From Styela clava (taxonomy: Eukaryota), in NCBI RefSeq assembly GCF_964204865.1, contig NC_135253.1:24924001-24988000 (forward strand): a stretch of 64,000 bases of DNA, in the 5' to 3' direction. Under the pieces are notes generated by a model that worked only from the letters and a program-made list of their open reading frames with translations, was not told the DNA's origin and ran no database searches. Positions 41,001-53,000 of the stretch are shown in pieces (position 1 is the first letter of the stretch; each line of letters opens with the position of its first letter). Both the position numbers and the translations under genes were made by a program.

Positions 41001-42897
41001 GTATGTGAACCAAGATGTCGGGCATCGCAACGTAGTATGTGTACCGGGTTAGGATTAGGCCATAATTTCAGGCACAAATACTGCGGGAGTCACTTGGCTA
41101 GTGCCCGAATTTGTAATAGAACCAAGACAATGAATATTGGAATGAAATTGAGACCTAACCCCAATCTGTTAAACATACTAAATCCCGGTGTCCGTCATCA
41201 TGGTTCACATACTTCGGGAGTACAGCTCGTTTTATTTTATTCCAGCGTTTCAAACCAATGTAAATCTCCCGCACATAGCTTAGTCATCATGATAATCCGA
41301 GGAAATATCTATCTATATACTTTGGCGATGTTTTCAATAACTGCTTATGTGGGAGCCCAGCAAGACGTTGTGTTCCAGTGCTCAGTGAAAAAAGGTTGCC
41401 AAATTCATCAATGTGACCCAGCACCAGCTGGTGAGATATAACATACATGTAAATAGAGTAACTAATGTTATTATAAGAATGTTTAAAGTCGCATTTTAAT
41501 ATTTTCTTCTAGTATTGTGGTCGAAATCGAACTCCCAAGTCGCAATGTTGAGCTTGCAAAAAACAGTACATTTCAAACAACTTAATCAAAATAAGCAGCA
41601 GACCAGTTGCCATTAAAAATATTTTACTAATCAGAATTAAGTTATATCGTAGTCAGATTGAAATCAAACCCAGACAATAGCCAGACCAGATATGAAAAAA
41701 TCTCTCAATTCGGAATCATGAGTCTGTGTTATATTTATATATATTTGATAACCAAAACTGTAGTGGAAGTCTGAATTCGGCATCACTTTTTACTATTGAG
41801 GTTAGTCGCGCTTCGCAGTTTCAGACTAGTATGGTAAGCCAAAATATGTTCAGCAACAAAACCCAAAAACTTTCGATAAAAAACGGTTTAGGCTTATTCC
41901 ATCCGGAGTCAAATTTTTATTCAATTCAGAGTTGACGTCATAATTACATTTTTAAATAGGTCAGGAAATTGAGTGTAACTTTTTCTTACTTTATTGCAAC
42001 CCTGAGGTATGCATGTTTAAAGATATTGAATATGAAATAGACTTCCGTACTATGAAATCTTTGATGAGAGTGCGGCTACTGGTCTGTCAATATCTATTTA
42101 GCCAATAAAGAAACATAGTGGTGAATCACGAGCTGCTGAATACCTTGACGCAAGACCCGACACGCAAGACCCGACCCTCATGGTTTGTTTAGTTTAGTTT
42201 TGATCAATTTTCGTTATGTTGTTCACTGGGAATGATTTATCTATTGCCATGTACCAGTACATTTATCTGAGCATTGATAACTTGTTTCATGTTTCTGCAT
42301 ATATTCAGGTTGGCAAAACCTCGGCATCGGCGTTCATCAACCTTTGAGCAGAGAAGAATTCCCCATCACATGCACGGGTTCCGGAACTTCAACAAGTAAT
42401 TTAGAAGCTTTGATTCTGAAAAATTTGCAAGAAATTGCAACTTTCAAACAAGGTACTCACTTTACTTTCTTATCTCAGCTCTGTGTTGGGTAATTGTTTT
42501 GTCTGCTGGGATACCGTAGCCGTGTCGCAATGGATGTCCCCCGAACCTTGACCCAGCATAAAAAAAAAACTTCTCCCCGTATTTTAATATTACTTGATTT
42601 TAGATGCCTATTTTGCGAATGTTTTGTTTGCGAGCTAGCACGTACAAACCGATTTATACGATCAAAACAATCATTTTTATTAAAATATACAAGCACGTGT
42701 CGCTAACAGATACAGACAACTAATCTTAGCCTAGTTCATCACAGCTTTTCCAGGACTTATTTTTGTTTATTGTAACTAAACTAAAGATCATCGGAAGATA
42801 TAATGACTATTAAATAACTTCATTTACAACTAATTATCGGAAACACAACTGAAAACGACAAATAACACGCAAAACCGCGGAAACGAGTTGTTGCTTA
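35009..42897. repeat. Tandem segmental unit 3, partial (interrupted by Gypsy array)
   Basis: Colinear with units 1 and 2 up to GAGTTGTTGCTTA, where TGTAGCG.. (LTR) replaces CAACCATGC. Confidence 0.93.
41289..42452 (+). pseudogene. Lectin-like gene copy 3, exons 1-2 only (41289-41430, 42309-42452); intron 2 carries >21 kb of inserted TEs
   Basis: Exons 1-2 intact; remaining exons are not in the window. Pseudogene status is inferred, not shown. Confidence 0.6.
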
Positions 42898-43684
42898 TGT
42901 AGCGTACCGGCAGTCTATGTAATAATTATCCAAGTTCAGAATATCTTCCAATATGATCTGACGTCAAGTTTCCTCCCAATATTCACTTCAATTTATACTA
43001 TTTTGTTCTATTTATTAATTACAATCTTAATACAACCAAACACTCCAATGAAATCAATGAAACGAAAAGCATACAATAAAAATAACAAATACCAGGCAGT
43101 ACAATATGAGAAAACAATAAAAATTAGAGACGGACCCTGAAATCAAAGACAACTTTCAATAGCAGCCAGAATAATCCCTATAATACGGTACACTAAACCA
43201 GCTACTTACAATTTGCAAAATAGGCTTAGAATAACCCATGACGGGCACTTTAAAAAAACCACAAACAATTCCACAGGTGCACAAGATTTGAACAGCACTG
43301 TTGATAGCCAATTTCATGAATAAACTAAAAATACAACGCCAAAACAACTGTAATTGCACTGTACCGGTACTTAAACCATAATATCATCCTACTGTCTAGC
43401 ATCAAAATATCTAACAATCCCAATCTAATAGTCATAAAACCAAGAGTAAACATCTTTGATAACCTACTTGAGACTTGGAGGCACTTTTGCAGATATAAAA
43501 TACTCTTAAACACTCAAAATCTAACTGAAACAATCACAACTGCACTGCTGCAAACCACAGCATAGGCTAACAGGATACCAAAAAAAACAAATCGACAGTG
43601 TCAAAGCGCCCTCAGTGTTAAAATACAAAATATAGCAATATTATCACATGACAACATTTAAAAGATAAAACAAGGGTCGTCACA
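42898..43684 (-). repeat. LTR 1 (3' LTR of the array)
   Basis: Minus strand TGTGACGACCC...GGTACGCTACA; abuts host intron sequence. Confidence 0.95.
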
Positions 43685-43687
43685 TTA

Positions 43688-43699
43688 CCCCCCTCTTCT
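43688..43699 (-). other. Polypurine tract (also next to LTR2 and LTR3)
   Basis: AGAAGAGGGGGG 3 nt upstream of the LTR on the minus strand. Confidence 0.85.
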
Positions 43700-43780
43700 A
43701 GATGGAACATTATGACAGAATGTTTTCATCTTCATTAGAAAAATTAAACAACAAAAGAAGCAGTAGGCAACACAAAATAT

Positions 43781-46700
43781 TTACACAAAGTCTTTAAAAT
43801 ATGCAGGTTGTCTACGCTCACGCTTAGACATCCTTAAAGTTTGTCCTTCTGGATTGGGCAACTCGTACCAAGGTATTATTTCCTCACAAGGCTGAAGATC
43901 CGCCCCTCCTGGTGTGTGTTCCGCAGAATTCGCCTCTTCCGATGTCTGTCCCCCCGAATCCGGTGCTTCTGGTGTGTGTTCCCCCGAATCCGCCGGGCTA
44001 TCATCTAGGTAAGCACTTGGTTCCTGGGTCTCTTCATGAATAAAAGGTCGCAAATTATCCACATGAACCACACGCGTCTTGTCGCCTGGATTCCGTTGTA
44101 TCTCATAAGTGTGATTTGAGAGACATCTCCTAACTGTGAAAGAACCCTGCCATGAAGAACTCAGCTTCTTCTTCTTGGGTGGGTAATAGTACCATACAAG
44201 GTCTCCCTCTTCAAACTTCTGTGGTTGCACATGAACATCAAAATTTCTCTTCTGTCGCAAGGCAGCTTGATTCAACTGATTTCTGGCCCATACAAAAGAT
44301 TCCTCAGTGACATCTTTAAACCATTCCACATATTCGGTATAACAAGAATGTAGAGGAGTTTGAGTCGGACGTCCATACATGACATCGATAGGGAGGTCAA
44401 TCTCTCGGCCAAGCATAAGACGATTGGGTGTAAACTGCGTACTTTCATGCACTGTAGCTCTGTAAGCCATGCACAGATAGGGAACATGGTCATCCCAATC
44501 GTCTCGATGATCGTTCACATAAGGCGTGAGCATTTGCTGAATCGTTCGATTAATCCTCTCCACTTGTCCATCGGATCGAGGGTGATAAGGTGTCGTATGC
44601 GTCTTGACTATACCGTACAAGTCGCACATCTCGGTGAACAACCGAGATTCAAAATCTCGACCCTGATCAGTGTGAATAATCCGAGGAACTCCAAATCTTG
44701 CGAAGAACTGGGTGAGCACATCGGCTGTTACCTCTGCAGTCTGATTGGGAAGTGGATAACACTCCACCCACTTGGTGAAATAATCTGATAGCACCAGAAG
44801 ATGTTCATTTCCATTCTTGGTACGTGGTAGTGGTCCCAAGAAATCCATGGCGACCCGTTCCATGGGAGATCCGCAGAGCAGTTGTCGTAGATCCCCCTGT
44901 TTGCGCCCGTGAGTCATCTTAGCCGCAGCGCAAGGTTTGCAAAACCGGCACCAGAGCAAAATATCTCTTTTAAAACCAGGCCAGTAAAAACGAGCACGAA
45001 CACTCTTGAATGTTTTAATAGAGCCTAAATGTCCGGAGGTACGGGCACTGTGTAAATGCTGGAAGATTTCTCTTCTCAATGCCCCAGGAATGCAAAATTG
45101 ATAGGCGGGAGCACTAGCCAATGTTTCGGGTATCCACTTGCGATACAAAATTTCACCAGTCAAATATAGCAAATGACATTGAGCTAGATAACGCTTGGTC
45201 TCTAGAGATTCATGCATATAATCCTGTGGCTGGGGTTTATGATATGAACGGCGCTTCCAGGCAATAACTGCAGAAAGATGAGGGTCCTCGGCTTGGCAAG
45301 TTCGAATCCTTTCCTCCGTGTATGTGTCCATCCAGTTACAGCTTGTTGGTATCCCAGGCAAGTCAGCATTATACAGAGGTGCTACTACACGAACATCGAT
45401 ATCAGGTTCCTGTGAAGTAGACACACAATCTGGGCAGTCCGGGCGCTTACAGCGTCTGGTTTGACGAGATGGACCATCGGCATTACCATGTTTAGTCCCT
45501 GCTCGATGTTCAATGCGGAAATCATACGTGAACAGTGTAGAGATCCAGCGAGCCACCTTCCCTTCGGGTTCTCGGAAATTTAAAAGCCACTTCAAGGCAC
45601 CATGATCAGTGCGAATCAAAAAGTGCCTTCCCCACAAATAATGGCGAAAATGTCGTACGGATTGAATCACTGCCAACAACTCCCTTTCAGTGGTACAGTA
45701 TCGGCGTTCCGTCTTGGATAGAGTTCTGCTAAAATAAGCAATAACATGTTCTTCCCCATCTTGCAATTGTGATAACACAGCACCAGTACCAGAGCCACTT
45801 GCGTCGGTGTCCAAAATAAACTCTCCCTGAACCAAAAGCCAGGATAGGAGCAGATGTCAAAAGACGCTTAATGAATCCAAATGCTTCCTGACAGTCACCA
45901 CTCCACTCAAACTTCACATTCTTTCGAGTCAAGCGGACTAAAGGCGACGCTATAGTGGCATAACCTGGTACAAAACGTCTATAATAGTTGGCAGTTCCCA
46001 AGAAACTTCTAACATCTGATACCCCCTGAGGTGTTTCCCACTCGACTATAGCTGCTACATTGTGAGAATCACAGCGAACCCCTTCAGCAGAAATTTCGTA
46101 CCCCAGGTAGGTAACTGATCTACGAAACAACTGGCATTTAGTCGGCTTGAGTTTCAAACCAGCACCCTGAAGGCGAAGGAAAACCTCCCGCAAACTGCTC
46201 AATGAAGTGTCAAAATCGGATCCGTGGGCTAAAACATCATCCAAATAATTAGAACATCCTTTCCCGATAATTCCACCCAACACTCGATCCATCATCCGCT
46301 CGAAGGTTGCAGGTGCATTGGATAGACCAAAGGGCATGACTACAAATTGATAGTGTCCTTTTCCCGGAAGACTGAAAGCAGTTTTCGCTCTGTCCGACGG
46401 ATCAACTTCCACCTGCCAGTAGCCGCTAGCCAAGTCAAGCGTCGAGAACCAACTTGACCCGCTAAGGGACTCCACGATGTCATCGATACGAGGTAAAGGG
46501 TAAGCGTCCTTGTACGTGATTGAATTAAGTAATCTGAAATCGATACAAAAACGAGTAGTGCCGTCTTTTTTTGGTATCAGAACAATGGGTGACGAGTATG
46601 GACTGTCACTCAGCTCAATAACCCCTTGATCCAGCATCTTGTCAACAGCATCCTCTGCTATTTGTCTCCTTGCCCAGCCCAAACGTCGCGGAGCCTGCCG

Positions 46701-47683
46701 AATAGGCTGCGGTGTTGTAGTTACTATGTGATGGCGAGCAACCGATGTACGCCCGAGTTCTCCATCGGGGCCTACAAATATGTCCTTAAACTCTCTTAAC
46801 AAAAAAAACAATTGTCGGTACTGATCAGCCGAGAGTCCTTCCGTCGATGTAATCAAGTCCTGAAGATGGTCAGGTAATCCATTGAATTCTTCCGCCGTTT
46901 CAGAGACTGGCGCCACCATTGTTTCACGGACAAAGTATGGTTGAGCTATGCCAATTAAAGATCCTGTGGGTAGGACAGCATCATAGTCGGTCTCATTGTT
47001 CATCCAAACGGGTACCTCCTTCTTAGACGGGTCAACCAACGTCAGCGAAGCGACCAAATTGAGGTTGCCTATCTCCACTGGCTCAACAACGGCTACTATG
47101 TTAGGTCTCTGGACGGGCCACGGCTGCTGTAGCTGAGCGAGTACAACAATTCCAGAGCGTGCCGGTATCACCACATCCTCCTCTACCGTCACACGGCAGC
47201 AAGGAACCGATGTTTGGTGCTGCACAGTAACATCTTGTCCCCCAAGGACAAAGCGACCCAACGAGGGATACAGAACACAGTCCCATTTGCCAAGATAGTC
47301 TATACCTAGAATGCCCATTCGTGACCCTAGATCAGCGACAACAACCGTGTGCTCCACAGACCAGCTTTCAATCGTCAAGTTGACATCAAGTGCACCATGA
47401 GACACTAATGACTCGCCACTGGCAGTACGCAGTGGTACTTGAAAAGAATGCAGTTCTGGAATGTACGAATTTTTCTGTAACATCGAGTAAACAGCGATGT
47501 CAATGAGCGAGACACCCGCACCGGTATCAATCAAAAACAAAACAGGCACGTTATTGACCAAAGAAGTTATTGACCAAAGTTATTGACAAAAGAAATCATA
47601 GTCGAGAGAAGTGGGTCCATATCATCATCTAAAATCATGTTAGCAGGGAGTGCGGACCTCATCCCTGCTGTTCCGAGTTTAAA
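43781..47683 (-). pseudogene. pol: pol copy A (protease, RT, RNase H, integrase), frameshifted
   Basis: LIDTGA protease; RT LPRIDD, DLASGYWQ, MPFGLSNAPATF, YLDD; RNase H DTDAS..ERELLAV..TDH; IN HHCC, D-D-E. Frameshifts at ~47570 and ~45835. Confidence 0.93.
47642..47683 (-). promoter_or_regulatory. -1 programmed ribosomal frameshift signal (gag-pol); also 53897-53938
   Basis: Slippery T TTA AAC in the gag frame, 7-nt spacer, stem AGCAGGGA/TCCCTGCT; the -1 frame reads into pol (..GTAGMRSALPANM). Confidence 0.85.
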
Positions 47684-49116
47684 GACTGGCTGGGAGTGGG
47701 AGCACTACTTACTGGTCTTTGTTCAGTGGTCTGGGAACAGTTTCGGCAAATATGCCCTGATTGTCCGCATCGGAAACAAGTCGGTCCACCCGTGTTGTTT
47801 GGACAATCTCGAGCCCAATGACCCATTTGCTTACAGCGGGGACATGGTGTGGACGGTAGTGTAAGAGCTTGTGGACTGCGACAATCACTGATCCTATGCC
47901 CCAACTGTCCGCATCTGAAACAAGAGGTACGAAAAGTCGGAGATACGCGGGATCTCGACGTTTCCGCAACTAAGGCCTCCAGTTGTGCCAGGCGGTTTAA
48001 AATCTCCTGGACAATATCAGCTCCAAATATCACCTCGGCCTTATCGCTAGAAATCTTTGCAACAGTAGCCCTTGGTTTGATCACCTCTTTTGCGGGTTCC
48101 CATGACTTCTCATAATATTGATATCTGGTAGCCAACGACATTGCATCTTCCAATGTGGCGGGTTGCAAAAGACCAATGTGCAAACGAACTTTGTCGTCTA
48201 ATCCTCGCAAAAATTGCAATTTTGCCAAGTCATCTCGGTCAGCGGGTTTCAAGTATGGATAAGCTCGCCTAGCAAGCTGTCTCAATGCAACGCCAAATTC
48301 ATTATAGGTTTCTCTGGCCAACTTCACGCGCTGACTAAAAGCGGCTCGAAGCGCTTCAATACCACCTTCCACTTCAAAATACTCAAAATGGCGTACGATC
48401 GACTCAAAACATTCACGCTCATCCATAGACAATTCTAATAAATGACTCAGGCCATCGCCTACCATGCAAAGGCCCAATTCGCTCCCCATCGTGTCCATAT
48501 CCCAACCATTAGACTTGGCTATAGCTTTAAAATGATATAGAAATGAGCCCCAAGGCTCCGATCCATCAAACTTCTCCGGCTGTCTTTCTGGCCTGAACAT
48601 AATCCCACATGCACTAGTACAACCCTTTGTCATAGGGGTAGAAAAACCAACCGGATACCTGGGCATGATAGGTGGAGACTCCATTTCCGGCATCGGTCTA
48701 CTCCCGCAGTTGTTGCCAGGTGGTGTAACTTTTGACTCAGTGTGCTCTGCCTTGTCACTCTGGTCCTCCCTCATCACATAACTCTGTGGTGACATTTTGC
48801 CTGCCCCTTCAGCTATTCCTCCGGATTCGTTCAAACCGACTTCGGCACTTTTGCTTTTAACTAATGTCTCAATCACGTTCTCCTGAAAACCATGCAGTGT
48901 CACTTGCAGCTCCTCTCGCCAATCTTTCACATCTTGATTGAGTACCATCGCACTGTCATAACACTGTTTTACATCATTCCCAAGTTCATCTACTGCTCCT
49001 TCGATTCCTTCTCCACGCGCTTCCATTGTTGTCCATTTAGCCTCCAGTACCTTCATTCGAGCAACGAAGTCATCCTCTCCCTTCCTTTGAGCGTTCTTTC
49101 TATTTCTGCGTGACAT
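47659..49116 (-). CDS. gag: gag copy A (485 aa), three CCHC zinc knuckles
   Basis: PEKFDGS capsid-like motif; CFRCGQLGHRISDC, CPRCKQMGHWARDC, CFRCGQSGHICRNC. Confidence 0.92.
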   Translation of the reverse strand: MSRRNRKNAQRKGEDDFVARMKVLEAKWTTMEARGEGIEGAVDELGNDVKQCYDSAMVLNQDVKDWREELQVTLHGFQENVIETLVKSKSAEVGLNESGGIAEGAGKMSPQSYVMREDQSDKAEHTESKVTPPGNNCGSRPMPEMESPPIMPRYPVGFSTPMTKGCTSACGIMFRPERQPEKFDGSEPWGSFLYHFKAIAKSNGWDMDTMGSELGLCMVGDGLSHLLELSMDERECFESIVRHFEYFEVEGGIEALRAAFSQRVKLARETYNEFGVALRQLARRAYPYLKPADRDDLAKLQFLRGLDDKVRLHIGLLQPATLEDAMSLATRYQYYEKSWEPAKEVIKPRATVAKISSDKAEVIFGADIVQEILNRLAQLEALVAETSRSRVSPTFRTSCFRCGQLGHRISDCRSPQALTLPSTPCPRCKQMGHWARDCPNNTGGPTCFRCGQSGHICRNCSQTTEQRPVSSAPTPSQSLNSEQQG

Positions 49117-49133
49117 ATTATGTTTAGAAGATA

Positions 49134-49152
49134 TCCTGGCGTGCTCTCGCCA
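49134..49152 (-). other. Primer binding site, tRNA-Arg(ACG)-like (also beside LTR3)
   Basis: TGGCGAGAGCACGCCAGGA 5 nt after the LTR end; resembles the complement of the tRNA-Arg(ACG) 3' end (TGGCGAGCCAGCCAGGA) imperfectly. Confidence 0.65.
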
Positions 49153-49157
49153 AAAAT

Positions 49158-49944
49158 TGTAGCGTACCGGCAGTCTATGTAATAATTATCCAAGTTCAGA
49201 ATATCTTCCAATATGATCTGACGTCAAGTTTCCTCCCAATATTCACTTCAATTTATACTATTTTGTTCTGTTTATTAATTACAATTTTAATACAACCAAA
49301 TACTCCAATGAAATCAATGAAACGAAAAGCATACAATAAAAATAACAAATACCAGGCAGTACAATATGAGAAAACAATAAAAATTAGAGACGGACCCTGA
49401 AATCAAAGACAACTTTCAATAGCAGCCAGAATATTCCCTATAATACGGTACACTAAACCAGCTACTTACAATTTGCAAAATAGGCTGAGAATAGCCCATG
49501 ACGGGCACTTTAAAAAAACCACAAACAATTCCACAGGTGCACAAGATTTGAACAGCACTGTTGATAGCCAATTTCATGAATAAACTAAAAATACAACGCC
49601 AAAACAACTGTAATTGCACTGTACCGGTAATTAAACCATAATATCATCCTACTGTCTAGCATCAAAATATCTAACAATTCCAATCTAATAGTCATAAAAC
49701 CAAGAGTAAACATCTTTGATAACCTACTTGAGACTTAGAGGCACTTTTGCAGATATAAAATACTCTTAAAAACTCAAAATCTAACTGAAACAATCACAAC
49801 TGCACTGCTGCAAACCACAGCATAGGCTAACAGGATACCAAAAAAAACAAATCGACAGTGTCAAAGCGCCCTCAGTGTTAAAATACAAAATATAGCAATA
49901 TTATCACATGACAACATTTAAAAGATAAAACAAGGGTCGTCACA
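49158..49944 (-). repeat. LTR 2 (shared between copies A and B)
   Basis: 787 bp, PBS on one side and PPT on the other. Confidence 0.95.
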
Positions 49945-50040
49945 TTACCCCCCTCTTCTAGATGGAACATTATGACAGAATGTTTTCATCTTCATTAGAA
50001 AAATTAAACAACAAAAAAAGCAGTAGTCAACACAAAATAT

Positions 50041-53000
50041 TTACACAAAGTCTTTAAAATATGCAGGTTGTCTACGCTCACGCTTAGACATCCTTAAAGT
50101 TTGTCCTTCTGGATTGGGCAACTCGTACCAAGGTATTATTTCCTCACAAGGCTGAAGATCCGCCCCTCCTGGTGTGTGTTCCGCAGAATTCGCCTCTTCC
50201 GATGTCTGTCCCCCCGAATCCGGCGCTTCTGGTGTGTGTTCCCCCGAATCCGCCGGGCTATCATCTAGGTAAGCACTTGGTTCCTGGGTCTCTTCATAAA
50301 TAAAAGGTCGCAAATTATCCACATGAACCACACGCGTCTTGTCGCCTGGATTCCGTTGTATCTCATAAGTGTGATTTGAGAGACATCTCCTAACTGTGAA
50401 AGGACCCTGCCATGAAGAACTCAGCTTCTTCTTCTTGGGTGGGTAATAGTACCATACAAGGTCTCCCTCTTCAAACTTCTGTGGTTGCACATGAACATCA
50501 AAATTTCTCTTCTGTCGCAAAGCAGCTTGATTCAACTGATTTCTGGCCCATGCAAAAGATTCCTCAGTGACATCTTTAAACCATTCCACATATTCGGTAT
50601 AACAAGAATGTAGAGGAGTTTGAGTCGGACGTCCATACATGACATCGATAGGGAGGTCAATCTCTCGGCCAAGCATAAGACGATTGGGTGTAAACTGCGT
50701 ACTTTCATGCACTGTAGCTCTGTAAGCCATGCACAGATAGGGAACATGGTCATCCCAATCGTCTCGATGATCGTTCACATAAGGCGTGAGCATTTGCTGA
50801 ATCGTTCGATTAAACCTCTCCACTTGTCCATCGGATCGAGGGTGATAAGGTGTCGTATGCGTCTTGACTATACCGTACAAGTCGCACATCTCGGTGAACA
50901 ACCGAGATTCAAAATCTCGACCCTGATCAGTGTGAATAATCCGAGGAACTCCAAATCTTGCGAAGAACTGGGTGAGCACATCGGCTGTTACCTCTGCAGT
51001 CTGATTGGGAAGTGGATAACACTCCACCCACTTGGTGAAATAATCTGATAGCACCAGAAGATGTTCATTTCCATTCTTGGTACGTGGTAGTGGTCCCAAG
51101 AAATCCATGGCGACCCGTTCCATGGGAGATCCGCAGAGCAGTTGTCGTAGATCCCCCTGTTTGCGCCCGTGAGTCATCTTAGCCGCAGCGCAAGGTTTGC
51201 AAAACCGGCACCAGAGCAAAATATCTCTTTTAAAACCAGGCCAGTAAAAACGAGCACGAACACTCTTGAATGTTTTAATAGAGCCTAAATGTCCGGAGGT
51301 ACGGGCACTGTGTAAATGCTGGAAGATTTCTCTTCTCAATGCCCCAGGAATGCAAAATTGATAGGCGGGAGCACTAGCCAATGTTTCGGGTATCCACTTG
51401 CGATACAAAATTTCATCAGTCAAATATAGCAAATGCCATTGAGCTAGATAACGCTTGGTCTCTAGAGATTCATGCATATAATCCTGTGGCTGGGGTTTAT
51501 GATATGAACGGCGCATCCAGGCAATAACTGCAGAAAGATGAGGGTCCTCGGCTTGGCAAGTTCGAATCCTTTCCTCCGTGTATGTGTCCATCCAGTTACA
51601 GCTTGTTGGTATCCCAGGCAAGTCAGCATTATACAGAGGTGCTACTACACGAACATTGATATCAGGTTCCTGTGAAGTAGACACACAATCTGGGCAGTCC
51701 GGGCGCTTACAGCGTCTGGTTTGACGAGATAGACCATCGGCATTACCATGTTTAGTCCCTGCTCGATGTTCAATGCTGAAATCATACGTGAACAGTGTAG
51801 AGATCCAGCGAGCCACCTTCCCTTCGGGTTCTCGGAAATTTAAAAGCCACTTCAAGGCACCATGATCAGTGCGAATCAAAAAGTGCCTTCCCCACAAATA
51901 ATGGCGAAAATGTCGTACGGATTGAATCACTGCCAACAACTCCCTTTCAGTGGTACAGTATCGGCGTTCCGTCTTGGATAGAGTTCTGCTAAAATAAGCA
52001 ATAACATGTTCTTCCCCATCTTGCAATTGTGATAACACAGCACCAGTACCAGAGCCACTTGCGTCGGTGTCCAAAATAAACTCTCCCTGAACCAAAAGCC
52101 AGGATAGGAGCAGATGTCAAAAGACGCTTAATGATTCCAAATGCTTCCTGACAGTCACCACTCCACTCAAACTTCACATTCTTTCGAGTCAAGCGGACTA
52201 AAGGCGACGCTATAGTGGCATAACCTGGTACAAAACGTCTATAATAGTTGGCAGTTCCCAAGAAACTTCTAACATCTGATACCCCCTGAGGTGTTTCCCA
52301 CTCGACTATAGCTGCTACATTGTGAGAATCACAGCGAACCCCTTCAGCAGAAATTTCGTACCCCAGGTAGGTAACTGATCTACGAAACAACTGGCATTTA
52401 GTCGGCTTGAGTTTCAAACCAGCACCCTGAAGGCGAAGGAAAACCTCCCGCAAACTGCTCAATGAAGTGTCAAAATCGGATCCGTGGGCTAAAACATCAT
52501 CCAAATGATTAGAACATCCTTTCCCGATAATTCCACCCAACACTCGATCCATCATCCGCTCGAAGGTTGCAGGTGCATTGGATAGACCAAAGGGCATGAC
52601 TACAAATTGATAGTGTCCTTTTCCCGGAAGACTGAAAGCAGTTTTCGCTCTGTCCGACGGATCAACTTCCACCTGCCAGTAGCCGCTAGCCAAGTCAAGC
52701 GTCGAGAACCAACTTGACCCGCTAAGGGACTCCACGATGTCATCGATACGAGGTAAAGGGTAAGCGTCCTTGTACGTGATTGAATTAAGTAATCTGAAAT
52801 CGATACAAAAACGAGTAGTGCCGTCTTTTTTTGGTATCAGAACAATGGGTGACGAGTATGGACTGTCACTCAGCTCAATAACCCCTTGATCCAGCATCTT
52901 GTCAACAGCATCCTCTGCTATTTGTCTCCTTGCCCAGCCCAAACGTCGCGGAGCCTGCCGAATAGGCTGCGGTGTTGTAGTTACTATGTGATGGCGAGCA

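Noticed and set aside
43156-43513. ORFs downstream of pol as a possible env gene
   Set aside because: They lie within the LTR, are short and are not preserved in all three LTRs
44360-44788. Antisense and alternative-frame ORFs inside gag/pol
   Set aside because: Shadows of the GC-richer retroelement coding sequence with no domain signal
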